IMG/VR virus record: IMGVR_UViG_2737471833_000002
Strand: one strand, 5' to 3'
Length of the DNA stretch: 64,000 nucleotides
Source: a virus
Lineage: Duplodnaviria; Heunggongvirae; Uroviricota; Caudoviricetes
This document shows, one piece after another, positions 62,478-64,000 of this stretch (position 1 is its first letter; the number at the start of each line of letters is the position of its first letter). Below the pieces are notes generated by a model. The model did not search any database. It was not told the origin of the DNA and saw only the letters and a program-made list of their open reading frames with translations. A program made the translations under genes and the position numbers.

Positions 62478-63961
62478 TGGCCAGAAGTTGCGTAACGGAT
62501 CCACGTTGGCGCGAGCTGGTGGCGCTATATCGTTATGACTGGATTGCGGCCGCTGATGTTTTGTTCGGCAAAACACCTACCTGGCAGCAGGATCTGATTA
62601 TTGAGTCTGTGCAGGAACAGGGTAGCAAGACATCTGTTTCGTCTGGTCACGGTACCGGGAAATCAGACATGACTTCTATCATGATCATGTTGTTCATAAT
62701 CATGTATCCCGGTGCCCGCGCCATTATCGTTGCGAACAAAATTCAGCAGGTAATGACCGGTATATTCAAGTACATCAAGATAAACTGGGCTACTGCCACC
62801 AGCCGTTTTCCATGGCTTGCTGATTATTTTGTTCTGACAGAAACCGCTTTCTATGAGGTTACTGGTAAAGGTGTATGGACTGTAGTACCGAAGGGCTTTC
62901 GTCTGGGAAGTGAAGAAGCTCTCGCCGGTGAACACGCAGATCATCTTCTGTATATTATCGATGAAGCCTCCGGTGTCAGTGATAGAGCTTTCGGTATCAT
63001 CACCGGTGCTCTTACCGGACAGGATAACCGCATCTTATTACTGTCACAGCCTACACGCCCAAGCGGCTATTTCTACGATACACACCATAAACTGGCCAAG
63101 CGTCCTGGTAACCCTGATGGCGTTTATACGGCGATCACGCTTAACAGTGAGGAATCACCGTTGGTAACGCCAGCATTTATCAAAATGAAGCTGGCGGAGT
63201 ACGGCGGGCGTGATAACCCTATGTACATGATTAAGGTACGCGGCCTATTCCCTAAATCACAGGATGGCTTCCTTCTTGGACGTGATGAGGTTGAACGTGC
63301 AACGCGGCGGAAAGTCAAGATTGCAAAAGGATGGGGCTGGCTTGCATGTGTGGACGTTGCTGGTGGTACGGGACGGGATAAGTCCGTTATCAATATCATG
63401 ATGGTGTCCGGCCAGCGAAATAAACGCCGTGTAATCAACTATCGAATGCTGGAATACACAGACGTTACAGAAACGCAGCTTGCCGCCAAAATTTTCGCAG
63501 AATGTAATCCTGAGCGATTCCCAAATATCACCATAGCGATAGACGGCGATGGCCTGGGTAAAGCAACGGCGGATCTGATGTACGAGTATTATGGTATTAC
63601 CGTACAGCGTATACGCTGGGGTAAAAAGATGCATAGCCGTGAAGATAAGAGCCTGTACTTTGATAAACGTGCTTATGCCAACGTTCAAGCCGCAGAGGCC
63701 GTAAAATCTGGTCGTATGAGACTGGATAAGGGTAATGAAACTATTGAGGAAGCGTCGAAAATCCCTGTAGGGATTAACTCCGCAGGTCAATGGAAGGTGA
63801 TGAGTAAGGAGGATATGAAGAAAAAACTCAACCTGCACTCACCAGACCATTGGGATACATATTGTTTCGCTATGCTGGCGGATTATGTTCCCCAGGACGA
63901 AGTGCTTAGCGTCGAAGACGAAGCGCAGGTTGATGAAGCTCTGGCATGGCTTAATGAATGA
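62477..63961 (+). CDS. pacB: terminase large subunit PacB
   Basis: 494 aa; P-loop-like [11 protein letters not shown] and acidic ATPase/nuclease motifs; start overlaps the pacA stop. Confidence 0.85.
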   Translation: MARSCVTDPRWRELVALYRYDWIAAADVLFGKTPTWQQDLIIESVQEQGSKTSVSSGHGTGKSDMTSIMIMLFIIMYPGARAIIVANKIQQVMTGIFKYIKINWATATSRFPWLADYFVLTETAFYEVTGKGVWTVVPKGFRLGSEEALAGEHADHLLYIIDEASGVSDRAFGIITGALTGQDNRILLLSQPTRPSGYFYDTHHKLAKRPGNPDGVYTAITLNSEESPLVTPAFIKMKLAEYGGRDNPMYMIKVRGLFPKSQDGFLLGRDEVERATRRKVKIAKGWGWLACVDVAGGTGRDKSVINIMMVSGQRNKRRVINYRMLEYTDVTETQLAAKIFAECNPERFPNITIAIDGDGLGKATADLMYEYYGITVQRIRWGKKMHSREDKSLYFDKRAYANVQAAEAVKSGRMRLDKGNETIEEASKIPVGINSAGQWKVMSKEDMKKKLNLHSPDHWDTYCFAMLADYVPQDEVLSVEDEAQVDEALAWLNE

Positions 63962-63964
63962 ACG

Positions 63965-63981
63965 TTTGCTCTAATGAATTG
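63965..63981 (+). promoter_or_regulatory. C1-operator-like site
   Basis: TTTGCTCTAATGAATTG (14/17) directly after the pacB stop. Confidence 0.4.
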
Positions 63982-64000
63982 TGTTTTTTAACTACCGATG

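Overview
The window reads as a contiguous 64-kb stretch of a P1-family temperate phage-plasmid: contractile-tail virion genes plus a low-copy plasmid replicon. Left to right: (1) minus-strand tail module (tail fiber with internal repeats, baseplate proteins, 1140-aa tape measure with a lytic transglycosylase domain); (2) an AT-rich three-gene membrane/secreted cargo cassette; (3) an immunity region (c4-like RNA region, icd, ant, kilA, repL); (4) an AT-rich two-gene cassette; (5) tail sheath and major capsid genes; (6) P1-type parS-parB-parA, a T5orf172 gene, iterons, repA and an oriR-like origin; (7) an overlapped spanin-like pair; (8) an rdgC homolog and a bifunctional Dcm/Dam methyltransferase interrupted by a LAGLIDADG intein; (9) tRNA-Asn, tRNA-Thr, a family of long hairpin repeats, a TerB-like gene, tRNA-Ile2(CAU) and a DnaB-family helicase; (10) a six-gene baseplate cluster; (11) a long plus-strand operon of small accessory genes; (12) LexA-box humD, phd-doc, an lpa-like gene, pacA with the GATC-hexamer pac site, and pacB. 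Eleven copies of the asymmetric 17-bp C1-operator motif ATTGCTCTAATAAATTT punctuate operon boundaries. The most unusual items are the intein in the methyltransferase catalytic motif, the two AT-rich cassettes, the T5orf172 gene beside the replicon, and the hairpin repeat family next to the tRNAs. CDS coordinates follow the supplied ORF track, with some starts adjusted from RBS or homology; hand-derived coordinates of short sites may be off by 1-2 nt. No database search or computation was run.
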